DNA from: Bdellovibrionota bacterium
GTDB lineage: Bacteria; Bdellovibrionota_C; UBA2361; JBGSMV01
Direction of reading: 5' to 3'
DNA: 58,188 bases
NCBI GenBank assembly: GCA_041739995.1
Contig: JBGSMV010000006.1
Coordinates: 1 to 58,188 of the forward strand
A program made the translations under genes and the position numbers. The first letter of the stretch is position 1; every line of letters starts with the position of its first letter. Below are positions 20,468-30,267 of the stretch, piece by piece. The notes below the pieces were generated by a model that was not told where the DNA came from, did no database searches, and saw nothing but the letters and a program-made list of their open reading frames with translations.

Positions 20468-21667
20468 CTAAATCCCTCCTTCCAAAAACTCTTCCACATT
20501 AGCGCGTGTAATAACTACCGCCGGGGCTGCCGATTTGAATTCCGAGTAAAATTCATCAAGCGCCTTCTGATGACGTTCTTGCACGCCGTCCCACGTTATC
20601 TGATAAGGGATAATGGTGGTTCTATCTTGTACTACAAAATCAACTTCTCCACTTTGGCGCCAATAGCACACCTGCGAGAATCGCTTTCGCAGATGAAGGA
20701 ACACCGCTGCTTCAAGTTCTTTTCCACGATCAGCACCGCCCTTAGTGATTGTCGCTGCACGCAACCCTAAGTCGATCGGATAATACTTACGATTGCGCGC
20801 TACTCGTTGTCGCTCGGAGAATGAAAAATAAAGGCAAGGCTGTATCAGATATGCAGCCTCGCATGCTTGTAAATAGGTACCTGCTGTATCTGGCGAAATT
20901 CCTAAAGTGGCTGCAAGAGACCGCTGACTGATCTCAGAACCGAGAGAGGAAAAAACCAGCTTTGTTAGTTGAAACAAAACCGTTGGCGATGAAAGTGACA
21001 GATTACGACGAACGTCTCTTTCTATAATGTCGTTGAAATATTCACGCAGCAAACGGTGCGGCTCAGGAAATGTAACGGCGCGCGGAAATCCGCCGTTTAG
21101 CAGGTACTCTTCGAAAGTTGAGAACTCTTTTGCCTCTCGCAATTCATTAAGGGAATATGGAAATAGTTCCACCGTGAGATGTCGCCCTGTCAACGCGCTA
21201 CCGATTGCTCCGGATAAAAGTCGTGCATTCGATCCGGTAATAATAAAATGATTGTGACTATTCGACTTAGCCAGCTCGCGGTGGAACCACTTTGGCCAAT
21301 CTGTTACCGCCTGAATCTCATCAAAAAAATAATATCGATCTGAATTGGCAGCGCCAACACTGCTACCAAATTTAACGATTTGATCGAGCAGGCTAGGGTT
21401 CAATCGATTGCTAATTCGTGGGTCTTCAAAGTTAGCGAAAAAACACAGCTCAGGATTGAGCTGAAACTGATCGATAAACTGTGTCAGCAATGTAGATTTG
21501 CCGCAGCGGCGCACGCCCTGGATAACTGTGACCAGATCCCGTTGCGGTTTAATAATTGATTTAAGTAGTTCGCGCTTAACTGACGTAGACAAAGACAACT
21601 GCCATGAACTCCACTCGCGTATGAGGAGCTCTAATTCAAGTTCATCACCCATAAAGGCAAAATACAC
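20468..21667 (-). CDS. AAA+ ATP-binding protein (AAA_14 plus DUF4143-like)
   Basis: GVRRCGKST, FFDEIQ, ITGSNA, GGFP, RKYYPIDLGL and YWRQSGEVDFV; the start may be ATG 21652. Confidence 0.88.
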   Translation of the reverse strand: MYFAFMGDELELELLIREWSSWQLSLSTSVKRELLKSIIKPQRDLVTVIQGVRRCGKSTLLTQFIDQFQLNPELCFFANFEDPRISNRLNPSLLDQIVKFGSSVGAANSDRYYFFDEIQAVTDWPKWFHRELAKSNSHNHFIITGSNARLLSGAIGSALTGRHLTVELFPYSLNELREAKEFSTFEEYLLNGGFPRAVTFPEPHRLLREYFNDIIERDVRRNLSLSSPTVLFQLTKLVFSSLGSEISQRSLAATLGISPDTAGTYLQACEAAYLIQPCLYFSFSERQRVARNRKYYPIDLGLRAATITKGGADRGKELEAAVFLHLRKRFSQVCYWRQSGEVDFVVQDRTTIIPYQITWDGVQERHQKALDEFYSEFKSAAPAVVITRANVEEFLEGGI

Positions 21668-21877
21668 GAGCTAAATGAAAGTGTCGACTGAGATAGTCAC
21701 TTTTATAACAGGCTGATAATATTTAGAAAAATGGCGCATTTGCCTTTGCTCAGGATCGATATCCATTGCTGAAGGCAGCTTTTTGATTCTCACCGATCAC
21801 CAAACCAGTCTGAATTAGCTCAAGCGAGTTACTATTAAGAAAACCGAGACTCCCAGACAACCGTCACAGACTCCTAT

Positions 21878-21923
21878 CAGGGTCGTGAAAAAGTGCCAAG
21901 GAGGGCACTTTTTCACCAGCCTG
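21878..21923. terminator. 20-bp inverted repeat downstream of ppx (terminator or miniature palindromic element)
   Basis: cagggtcgtgaaaaagtgcc-aaggag-ggcactttttcaccagcctg, with 2 mismatches. Confidence 0.6.
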
Positions 21924-21938
21924 CTAGTATCCGCAACT

Positions 21939-23456
21939 TCAGACCTTCTCGACTAGAAGCTTGCGCTGAAAGACCTTCTCAAACAAATCAGCTTTGTTGG
22001 CCGCCGCCCAACGCTCAAGCACTCGTTCCCCCTTTGATTCGATGGAAAGAGTGGCATGCTCCTTTGTCCACCGCAAAGTCAGTCGGCAGCGCTCTCCGCC
22101 GGCGTGCTCTTGCTCAATTCCTTCAGCTAATCGCAAAAAGGAAGCCAGCTTGCGTACCCGTTCTCTATCTTTTTCAGCGAGCGCCCGATACTCCTCGTGC
22201 TCATCTTTAGGCATCGATTTACGATGATAGCGCGCTATAAGCGCTACCAGCTCGCGCTCCCGTCGATTTAAGCCAACAAAAGGAGTCTGACGAATTAAGT
22301 ACTGCGTATGTTTATGATGCCCACTGACGCTAATTATCGCGCCGATATCGTGTAACCACGAAGCTATTTCCAAAAGAACTCGTTCCTCAGCCCCGAGACC
22401 ATGTTCGCGCGCACTTTGGTCAAATAAATCGAGTGCATGCGCCACCACACGCTCAGCGTGTTGCTCGTCGAAGTGATACCGGCGCCCCAAGGCCCGAGAA
22501 AAGGCAAGCACCTGTTTACGATGCGCACCCCGTTTGTCAGACTCAACGCTCGGAATTAAATCCCACAGGACTCCATCCTTAAGTCCAACATTGGGGGATA
22601 AAATCTCCTCGGCGCCCACGTGACGCATAATCTCTGAAATCACGAGGCCTGCGGGTAGAATGACGTCTGCTCGGTCTACTCGAAGCTTTAATCGCTCCAC
22701 GCGCTCGTCGACGCTCATTTCTGAGATCTTGTTTAAATACTCCTGAAGGTCCCTCAAGGAAGCCGAGCCCAGCCCGTTCTTCGCTCTTTTTCCACCACAC
22801 TGATCGACCAGCGCCTCGACATTTCCGCCCGTCCCCACGCAGATATCGACGCTCTGGTCATCAATCTCTAAGTCTAAGCGCCGATGAATTCCCTCCACGT
22901 AACGCCGAATGAGCTTCCCGAAAGCAGCCGGAGACATCTTCTTTTCACCAAGCATCTGAAGAAGGCGCACGGTTCCCATTTTGACGCTATCGGAGAACAC
23001 GACATCTCCATCTCTGGTAAACGAAATCTCTACGCTTCCGCCTCCGATATCGATTAACACTGCACGCTTCTTGGAAAGGTCTACCGCGTGAGAGACGGCC
23101 AGATGCACAAGCCTAGCCTCTTCTCCGCCTTCAATAATCTCAATCGCTAGCCCTGTCAGTTCCTGAACAAGCCCGGTGAACTGAATTCTATTTCGTGCTT
23201 CACGCATCGCGCTGGTCGCCACTACACGCACATGCTTGCAGCCTGCCTTCTTAATCGAATCTCTAAAGCGTTTTAGTGCGGCGATGGCGCGACTTTGAGT
23301 CTCTGGTTGAATATCCCCAAGTGAGAAAACGTCTTGTCCAAGACGAACGGGCTCGCGAAAGTTTTCAAGAATAGTAAGCTTTCCGTTAGAATCAGCACTG
23401 CCTATTGCGAGACGGATCGCATTCGAACCGATATCTACGGCACCGAGAACAGTCAT
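21939..23456 (-). CDS. ppx: Exopolyphosphatase Ppx/GppA with C-terminal HD domain
   Basis: AVDIGSNAIRL, ATSAMREA, GGEEARL, DIGGGSVE, RADVI and GLKDG, then HD-domain LHDIG and RYHRK. Confidence 0.93.
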   Translation of the reverse strand: MTVLGAVDIGSNAIRLAIGSADSNGKLTILENFREPVRLGQDVFSLGDIQPETQSRAIAALKRFRDSIKKAGCKHVRVVATSAMREARNRIQFTGLVQELTGLAIEIIEGGEEARLVHLAVSHAVDLSKKRAVLIDIGGGSVEISFTRDGDVVFSDSVKMGTVRLLQMLGEKKMSPAAFGKLIRRYVEGIHRRLDLEIDDQSVDICVGTGGNVEALVDQCGGKRAKNGLGSASLRDLQEYLNKISEMSVDERVERLKLRVDRADVILPAGLVISEIMRHVGAEEILSPNVGLKDGVLWDLIPSVESDKRGAHRKQVLAFSRALGRRYHFDEQHAERVVAHALDLFDQSAREHGLGAEERVLLEIASWLHDIGAIISVSGHHKHTQYLIRQTPFVGLNRRERELVALIARYHRKSMPKDEHEEYRALAEKDRERVRKLASFLRLAEGIEQEHAGGERCRLTLRWTKEHATLSIESKGERVLERWAAANKADLFEKVFQRKLLVEKV

Positions 23457-23559
23457 AGCTCAATATCCAGCAATGAAAGGATCGTTCCTTTGAGTACAGT
23501 TCTACCGTACAGTTAGAATTTTCCGAAGGACCAATTCCGCATTTCGTTTCAGAGGGCTC

Positions 23560-24078
23560 GTGAGGATTTTTCTCATAAGACACGGCATCGCAAGAGACAA
23601 GGAGCTGCTGCCGGCAATTCCTGACGACGAAAGGCCTCTCACCGATGAGGGTCGCAAACGACTTAAAGCCTGTCTTCCCGGGTTCAAGCTGCTCATTCCT
23701 CAGCTCGATGTTATGCTCTCAAGCCCTCTTTTGCGGGCGAAGCAGACCGCAAACCTCATTACGCGCGCGCTTTCGAAAACTCTCAGCATTCAAATCGATT
23801 CGAATCTCGCGCCAGATGGATGCCTCAATTCGTTGAGGCGTTCCCTTCTCTCACTTCCTTCAGCAAGCGACATTGCCTTGGTCGGTCATGAACCATGCCT
23901 GTCAGAGCTTGCGGCAATTCTGCTGGGCTCAGAACGTTCAGTACTTTCGTTCAAAAAGGGCGGGGCCTGTTGCATCGATGTTCCAAACGCTCCTCACTCT
24001 GAAAACGCGGCTTTGCTTTGGCATGCACCGCCGAAGCTGCTACGAGCCCTGCAAGCCACCTCGAAAGAAAACGATTAG
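23560..24078 (+). CDS. sixA: Phosphohistidine phosphatase SixA
   Basis: RHG, RPLTDEG, SSPLLRAKQTA, VGHEP and FKKGG motifs. Confidence 0.88.
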   Translation: MRIFLIRHGIARDKELLPAIPDDERPLTDEGRKRLKACLPGFKLLIPQLDVMLSSPLLRAKQTANLITRALSKTLSIQIDSNLAPDGCLNSLRRSLLSLPSASDIALVGHEPCLSELAAILLGSERSVLSFKKGGACCIDVPNAPHSENAALLWHAPPKLLRALQATSKEND

Positions 24079-25190
24079 GTCTTCACCTGAGATAGAATCC
24101 ACTTCGCACCTTCCAAGATGCTCGTTACCGAAGAATCAGGTTTAGCTGAGAAGAGTCCGTCTTTCCCCGCCCTTCCAGAACCAACTAAAATAGTCCTAAG
24201 GCTCGCTCGTTTTCCGCACTCAATATCCGAACTCATATCACCGAAAAAGAAACTCTTGGACCGATCTGCTGGTAGTTCATCAAAGGCCCGATCCAATAGC
24301 GCGGTACCTGGTTTTCGACACTCGCACTGCTCCGACATAGAGTGCGGGCAAAAATATACTTTGTCGATGCGCACTCCATGGGCGCTCACCTGCTTAAAAA
24401 ACTCTCGGTTAACCGCGAAGAAATCTTCCTTTGAAAAGTATCCAAGTCCGATACCTGGTTGATTCGTAACCACCACCAACGCAAAACCATTTTCCTGGAG
24501 CAGTTTCATTCCCTCGACAGCCCCATCAAGAAGCTTTACTTTTGAGGGCTCGGACAAATATTCGACATGTTCAATCAGGGTCCCATCTCGATCGAAAAAC
24601 ACCGTGGCCCTGGGGGCTGCAGGCTTCGCGTCAATGGATCTTATATTTTCACTCTCAACGATACGCTGAATGATATTTGAACTCGATCGCCCTTCAACAA
24701 AGGGAATAATTTCAATCGAACCACCGTAAGACTCGACAAGCGGGGCAGAGCTCAGCTGTTCCTTCTTATAATCTCCCGCTTTGATGTAAATATCCGGCTT
24801 CAGATCAAGAATATTCTGGTTATTATTCTTTTCCTCAAAGAGAAATACGAGGTCCACCGAAGCCAATCCGCATAGCACCTGAGCGCGGTCTGTCTCAAAA
24901 TTGAACGGACGACGAGGATCCTTGTAGCTACGCACAGATGCGTCAGAGTTCACACCAACAATGAGCACATCGCAAAGCGCTTTGGCCTTCTCAAGGTACT
25001 GCACATGCCCGATATGCAGGAGATCGAAGGCTCCCGAGGTAAAACCAATGCGTGCCTTGTTAGCCCGAGCGGCTAACACGTGCGCCACAGCTTGCTCACG
25101 CGTCACTAACTTTGTTGACTGTGAAATCACTGGTTTTAAATTTTTTGATTTCGAATTTCTTTGTGATTTCGAATTTCTATTGTCAGACAT
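24075..25190 (-). CDS. Fusion of an RfaE domain II-like (heptose-1-P adenylyltransferase) and a GmhB-like heptose-1,7-bisphosphate phosphatase
   Basis: N-terminal GAFDLLHIGH, GVNSDAS and KAGDY; C-terminal HAD DRDGT, TNQPG, CPH..C.CRKP and GD motifs. Confidence 0.88.
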   Translation of the reverse strand: MSDNRNSKSQRNSKSKNLKPVISQSTKLVTREQAVAHVLAARANKARIGFTSGAFDLLHIGHVQYLEKAKALCDVLIVGVNSDASVRSYKDPRRPFNFETDRAQVLCGLASVDLVFLFEEKNNNQNILDLKPDIYIKAGDYKKEQLSSAPLVESYGGSIEIIPFVEGRSSSNIIQRIVESENIRSIDAKPAAPRATVFFDRDGTLIEHVEYLSEPSKVKLLDGAVEGMKLLQENGFALVVVTNQPGIGLGYFSKEDFFAVNREFFKQVSAHGVRIDKVYFCPHSMSEQCECRKPGTALLDRAFDELPADRSKSFFFGDMSSDIECGKRASLRTILVGSGRAGKDGLFSAKPDSSVTSILEGAKWILSQVKT

Positions 25191-25422
25191 CACTTTACTA
25201 GCACCCTTGAGATCTCATTAGAATAGGCTCACTCTAACACCTAGAAGCTATACTATTAAGAAGTTCATTAGTAAAAATGCATGTCATCGAATACTTGGCA
25301 TGTACTCCTCAATCGCGCGTGCCGGAGGCTGCGTTAAACGACATATTAACCAGCTCCAAAAAGTTATCAGCCTTTAGTCCTCATATTATGAGTATCTACT
25401 TAACATTGCGCTGATTAATTAT

Positions 25423-26607
25423 ATGGGGCACGTCGTCAAGCATTCTATCGTCCGCCTATTGGATGAGACTCTAGTAAGCGTCATATTGTCACCGACCGCG
25501 CGGCAACAATTCGCTTTGGGACACATCGGCCAGCGGGAGCTTAAGCCCCTCGCTGAACTCATCGAAGGGCTCTCTGAGCAGTATCGCAAAGACAAAGAGC
25601 TCACACCTATTTCTGAGCAGCAGGCAGCCGCCTATGCCCTCTACTATACGCCTCTAAACTTCATAAAAACCTGCTTCCTGTTGGGACAGCTCCGGAGCGT
25701 CCCGCAAGCATCGAGTACACCTCTTCGATTACTAGACTATGGCTGTGGCCCCGGCACGGCCTCTTTAGCAGCTCTCGCCTTAATACCCTCACCGCTTCAT
25801 ATCACCGCAGTCGATTCATCCAGCGCGATGCGCAACATTGCTTCGCGATTAGTCCCCGAGTTCGCGTCCGCCCTCCCTGAGACTCCTACGGGGAAGTTGG
25901 TTCAAATACAGACAGCCGCGAAGATGCCCACCGACTCCACCACTTTTGATATTGTCATAGCGGCGAACGTTTTAAACGAACTTGATGAAGAATTGCGTTT
26001 CCCTCTAGTCTCCTCTTTGATCTCTAAGCTTTCCAGTCAAGGCATTCTCATTCTGCTTGAGCCAGCACTACTGTCACCGACAAGGTCTCTCATGAAAGTA
26101 AGGGACTCAATTCTCAATGAAGCCCCCTCACTGACGCCGATATTTCCCTGCACTCATCGCAACCAATGCCCGATGCTCCAGCAGACTTCCGACGATTGGT
26201 GTCACGGATCTCTTGAGGGCATGGGGAGAGACTTTCTTTCTTCTGAACTTGTCAGACAATTTGATTCCCTGCTTGGCTTTAACAAGCACCGCATTAAATA
26301 TGCGGCAATGGTGTTGCAAAACAATGAGGATTCACCGTCTGGCTATAGAGTCCTGCGAGATGCGGTCACTTCGAAGCGAGGCGTAGATCTTTCCGTTTGC
26401 GGACCCAATCACTTTGGCCCGGTCGCTATTCGTAAGAGCAACCTTTCAGACCAAAACCGTGCCGCACGCAAAGCGAAACAGTACGATCGGCTTACTGTGT
26501 TAAATGGCGATATTACCAGTGTCTCTTCAACCACTCAGCTTGCCATAACGAATCACAGACTGCCTCCAAGTGCTGATTCAGTTGAAGGCTTCGTAAGCTC
26601 AGAGTAG
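25423..26607 (+). CDS. Rsm22/METTL17-family SAM methyltransferase
   Basis: AYALYY.P.N, LDYGCGPGTA, NVLNEL, LLEPA and PCTHRNQCPM..DWCH motifs. Confidence 0.8.
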   Translation: MGHVVKHSIVRLLDETLVSVILSPTARQQFALGHIGQRELKPLAELIEGLSEQYRKDKELTPISEQQAAAYALYYTPLNFIKTCFLLGQLRSVPQASSTPLRLLDYGCGPGTASLAALALIPSPLHITAVDSSSAMRNIASRLVPEFASALPETPTGKLVQIQTAAKMPTDSTTFDIVIAANVLNELDEELRFPLVSSLISKLSSQGILILLEPALLSPTRSLMKVRDSILNEAPSLTPIFPCTHRNQCPMLQQTSDDWCHGSLEGMGRDFLSSELVRQFDSLLGFNKHRIKYAAMVLQNNEDSPSGYRVLRDAVTSKRGVDLSVCGPNHFGPVAIRKSNLSDQNRAARKAKQYDRLTVLNGDITSVSSTTQLAITNHRLPPSADSVEGFVSSE

Positions 26608-27662
26608 CACCAACCAAGAGTTATAAAGACCGGCAACCACCAATAAGAAACTTGAAACAGCACGAGCCCGGGAATGTACGGCAAAATAAACGCCGCTGCT
26701 TGGGCTCCAAAGCCTATCATCATGACAATAGAACCAACCAAATTTCTTCGTCGAGAGAGAAGCTCGCTCTGGCTCACCACCCAGGCGGGAAGCAGAAGAC
26801 AGATGTCAAAAGTCCATCCATAGGGGGAGAAGAGGTAAGAAAATGCGAGGACTCCCGGCCAAAGTCGCTCTAAAGGAAACATTTTTTTTGCACGCAATTG
26901 CCAGACGAGAAAAGCAACTGCTGGAAGCAGTGGAACTACCTTCATGGGCCATACGGGAATCATTCCTTCGCTATCTTTCAATGCTCCACGGATTACACCC
27001 ACAAGGGTGGTGACTGCGAATGCTGGGGGAGGGACGGCTCCTTTTCCTGGGTTTTGCAGCGCCTCGATCCAATTGGAGATAAGGCCTGGGAAAATGATCT
27101 CGGACAGAGCAGCAGCAAAAGTGACACCACCAACTGCAGCGATCACGGGCGCGTACCATCTGTGTCGCGCCAACCGACTCAGCAATACAACACCGAGAAA
27201 GAAAAACAGATGTGGCTTTAGCGACAAAAGAACGGCACCAAACGCTATCGGCACGAGACGACCAGCGAGCACACCACGCAGTACAAGCAACGTTCCAGCC
27301 AGGAGAAGCAGGCTCATTTGCCCCAAGCTGAGGCAAGACCATACGGGATAAAAAGCTGTGATCAATAGTAACGTTAAAACTGTCGCCTTCGTCGACACCA
27401 CAACCTTGGCACGATACGCGAACACGGCAAGCACGGTAGTGTTCAAACCCACCCACACGAGAGCGGAAGCCTGGAACGAAAATAACAATACCGGGCCAAG
27501 CAACAGTAAGATCCAGGGTGGATTCCACATCATCAGCGGGATCGTAGCTTCTGGACGTATCAGCTGTTGCGCCGCAAGCAGGGTTGGCGCGTCATATGGA
27601 TTCTGCCCTGCAGTGGCGAGTTGGAAGGCGGTCCAGTATTGAATAAAGTCACTCGCAAACAC
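26553..27662 (-). CDS. GT87/DUF2029-family membrane glycosyltransferase
   Basis: DFIQYW..GQNPYD, WNPPW, GQMS, LKPHL and PYGWTFD motifs; multi-TM. Confidence 0.8.
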   Translation of the reverse strand: MFASDFIQYWTAFQLATAGQNPYDAPTLLAAQQLIRPEATIPLMMWNPPWILLLLGPVLLFSFQASALVWVGLNTTVLAVFAYRAKVVVSTKATVLTLLLITAFYPVWSCLSLGQMSLLLLAGTLLVLRGVLAGRLVPIAFGAVLLSLKPHLFFFLGVVLLSRLARHRWYAPVIAAVGGVTFAAALSEIIFPGLISNWIEALQNPGKGAVPPPAFAVTTLVGVIRGALKDSEGMIPVWPMKVVPLLPAVAFLVWQLRAKKMFPLERLWPGVLAFSYLFSPYGWTFDICLLLPAWVVSQSELLSRRRNLVGSIVMMIGFGAQAAAFILPYIPGLVLFQVSYWWLPVFITLGWCYSELTKPSTESALGGSL

Positions 27663-28027
27663 GGTAGAAAGCGCCCTCCTAGGTCCTCAAAGCGCTGAGG
27701 CTTCCTCAAAAATTACGAATCATGCCGAATTAGAGCTGATGATCTTCACAACTCCTTGATTCCTTCCCTAGTATTCAGGCTCGCCGATCTAAAGACCATG
27801 TCCTACGTATCTAGTCCCAAAGATTCCTGTAGTGACACTGGAACCTCTAAGACCAAAGGTATTTCGCACCATCGGCTGGATGCGTAATCCTAAACCCAGT
27901 TCCCTTGCAGTTTCCACCCGACTGTTCACTGCAAATTCGCCCTAAGCAGGACAAGATACTGAGCCGCACGGTCCTTAAGCAAGGAAGACTCACCCCATTC
28001 CCAATACGTCGAACTGTAAGTAGGCCC

Positions 28028-29719
28028 TTAATCTCCATGGACCGTTGCATCTGGCGACTCCACATGAAGCGATCCACTGCCAAAACAACAGAGGTCACCC
28101 ATCCTAAGGGCGATAGAAGAAAATGTTGCTGGCAACTCGTCGCACATGACCGCAACGCCGGACGAACCATTGAAAAGAAGAAATGCTCTTAAATCTTTGA
28201 TATCTCCGGCCCAGTTATCCCCACTAATATAGTCGACCATAAAGGGCTCAACCGAGCTCCGAAAGTAAAGATATGTCGAATCAGACAACACTAGATGTTT
28301 AGGAACGGTGTCGAGCGGGAAGCCGCAGTGCTCATAGAGCTCGTTCCGCGGAATAGTCGAGCGAAATTCTTTCGATGGTGGACTGAAAAGGTGGCCAAGG
28401 GCCTGTCTGTGGCTACCAAGAAGCCGCACTTCCGGGTTTGAACCCAATATCCAAAGAGAAAACACAACAATTAGGATCACAATCACTCGAATAACCCGTC
28501 GAGCGAGGTGGCTAATCCCCCAAGGTAAAATTCGCCAACTAAGACCCAGTAAGAAAAAAAACAGGGGTACATACATGGCTGCTAGGTAAAAGACTCTCGT
28601 TTGACGAATACAAAGGGAGACTGTTGTTCCAAGGATAAGTAAGCAAAAAACCAAACTGCTCCGATCTATCCGATGCTTGCGAGCAACCTCAACGAAAACC
28701 TTTCCCGAGGTCAGCAACAGTTGAACGCCCCCTACAAGAAACACAAGAATGAAAAGAGCGGTTAAGGGACCGCGCGTTACGCCAGCCACCTCCAGTCCGC
28801 CGTGTGAATCTCGAAGCAGAATCCAATCTGGAGACATTTGCTCGAAAACTAGCAAGGTCGAGCTGATGCGTCCCGGCACGTAGCTTATGAAATCTAGCAA
28901 CGATTGAATCTGTGATTCCTGGGGTGTGGTTAACGCTCGAAACGCTTCCTCCACCTCTGGGCAACCAACCCCAGAAAATCTATCAAAATAGTATACCGTG
29001 GACTCCCAAACTCCAAAAAGGATGAAAGCAATACATAACCCTCGTTGAAGTAAGTTCCGAAAAGAACACCATGCAGCTGAGATGGCCAACGGTACAAAAA
29101 AAAGAACTACGGGATGAAGCATCAAAGCAGATACATGCAAGCAGCCATGCACTATGGGACGAACTAGTTGAAAAATTCCTTGGCGGTCTCCTCCCGAACT
29201 CCTCACTGTGAGGATGAAATAAGAAGTCCAAATAAGATAGGCAACTATTATACTCTCAGGGCGCAGAAGTGTGGAAACAAGTGGATAGGTTCCAAGCAGA
29301 AATGGCCCAATACAGTCGCAAAGGACTAACGGCAGCGTCGCTTTCTGCAAAAAGAGTTTCGTATAGACGAAGCAAAAGGAAACGACTAGAACCAGTCCTC
29401 CTAAAGCGCCAAAGAGCTTAACGGTGAAATAGCTATCTATCCATAAGTCGTGAACAAGACCAAAAATCGCCAATACCCCATACCAGGTAAATGGCGGATA
29501 AGCCGAGAAGAACTCACATTGAGGCAGAAGGGAAATTACCTTTCCGTGATCAGCGAAAAATCGTCCAAAAAGAATTAGAAAACCGATTTCATCTGTGTAA
29601 ATGGGCTCTCCAGGTAGGAGACGTAGAGCGACCACGAGCGCGCCAAGTAGCGCCGAAAATCCCAGAAGCTTCACGTTAGTCACTGTGTAGAAACCTCGAA
29701 GTAGCGCCGACGCACCCAA
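28028..29719 (-). CDS. Multi-pass membrane protein, putative GT-C glycosyltransferase (paralog A)
   Basis: YTDE motif after the first TM, RPE, many TMs and a Cys-containing C-terminal soluble domain; collinear with 40944-42566. Confidence 0.65.
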   Translation of the reverse strand: MGASALLRGFYTVTNVKLLGFSALLGALVVALRLLPGEPIYTDEIGFLILFGRFFADHGKVISLLPQCEFFSAYPPFTWYGVLAIFGLVHDLWIDSYFTVKLFGALGGLVLVVSFCFVYTKLFLQKATLPLVLCDCIGPFLLGTYPLVSTLLRPESIIVAYLIWTSYFILTVRSSGGDRQGIFQLVRPIVHGCLHVSALMLHPVVLFFVPLAISAAWCSFRNLLQRGLCIAFILFGVWESTVYYFDRFSGVGCPEVEEAFRALTTPQESQIQSLLDFISYVPGRISSTLLVFEQMSPDWILLRDSHGGLEVAGVTRGPLTALFILVFLVGGVQLLLTSGKVFVEVARKHRIDRSSLVFCLLILGTTVSLCIRQTRVFYLAAMYVPLFFFLLGLSWRILPWGISHLARRVIRVIVILIVVFSLWILGSNPEVRLLGSHRQALGHLFSPPSKEFRSTIPRNELYEHCGFPLDTVPKHLVLSDSTYLYFRSSVEPFMVDYISGDNWAGDIKDLRAFLLFNGSSGVAVMCDELPATFSSIALRMGDLCCFGSGSLHVESPDATVHGD

Positions 29720-30267
29720 ATACTATGTTCTGTTGTTTTCTGTATTACGAATCATCAACAAATACCACTCGGCATAGAATGCTAAACTAGAACAATAAAT
29801 TTGAGAGCGGCAATTGAAAAGTGCTTCGGTTTCGGTTCGCTGCGTACTATCGCCGCCACTCGCCCTTCAAGCACGTACACATTCTGTACCCCAGCTCTCA
29901 GCGGCTCGCTCTGAAACAGAATCTCGGTCGCGCTATAAATGAGACCCCACAGCTGCTCGACATTGATTCATTCCGAAGTATCGACGGATGCCCCCGCTGT
30001 TCGTTGAAATACACGCCCCAAGAATCTTCCGGTTCAAGTGCTCAACATGTCGTACTTCAGGGGACGACCACGCTAGAAATCGACGCTTAAGAAAAATCGC
30101 CCAGCTCGACTCTTAACTCCCGCGGCTTTCAAGTATGTACCTTTCACTTCCGTTGGTTGTCAGGGGACACGAGGCTTTTTACTACATTCCGGCACCCGGA
30201 ATACGAACATGGAAGTACCATTTCACCAGCACATCGAGACAGAGTCTATCCAGAGGCGATCCGTCCT

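Noticed and set aside
20194..20499. 101-aa ORF as a functional gene
   Set aside because: A chimera of out-of-frame ATPase end, intergenic DNA and two ppx fragments; treated as a remnant.
21878..21927. Palindrome ending in cagcctgctag as the end of an IS element
   Set aside because: It resembles IS-type terminal repeats, but there is no transposase and no target-site duplication; kept only as a hairpin.
25146..25178. 15-bp duplication encoding RNSKS twice at the start of the heptose fusion gene
   Set aside because: A small slippage duplication in a disordered N-terminus; no functional signal.
29720..30267. Short ORFs (29821-30090, 30135-30449) in a ~550-bp gap
   Set aside because: No recognisable motifs or RBS, and they partly overlap the methyltransferase gene in antisense.
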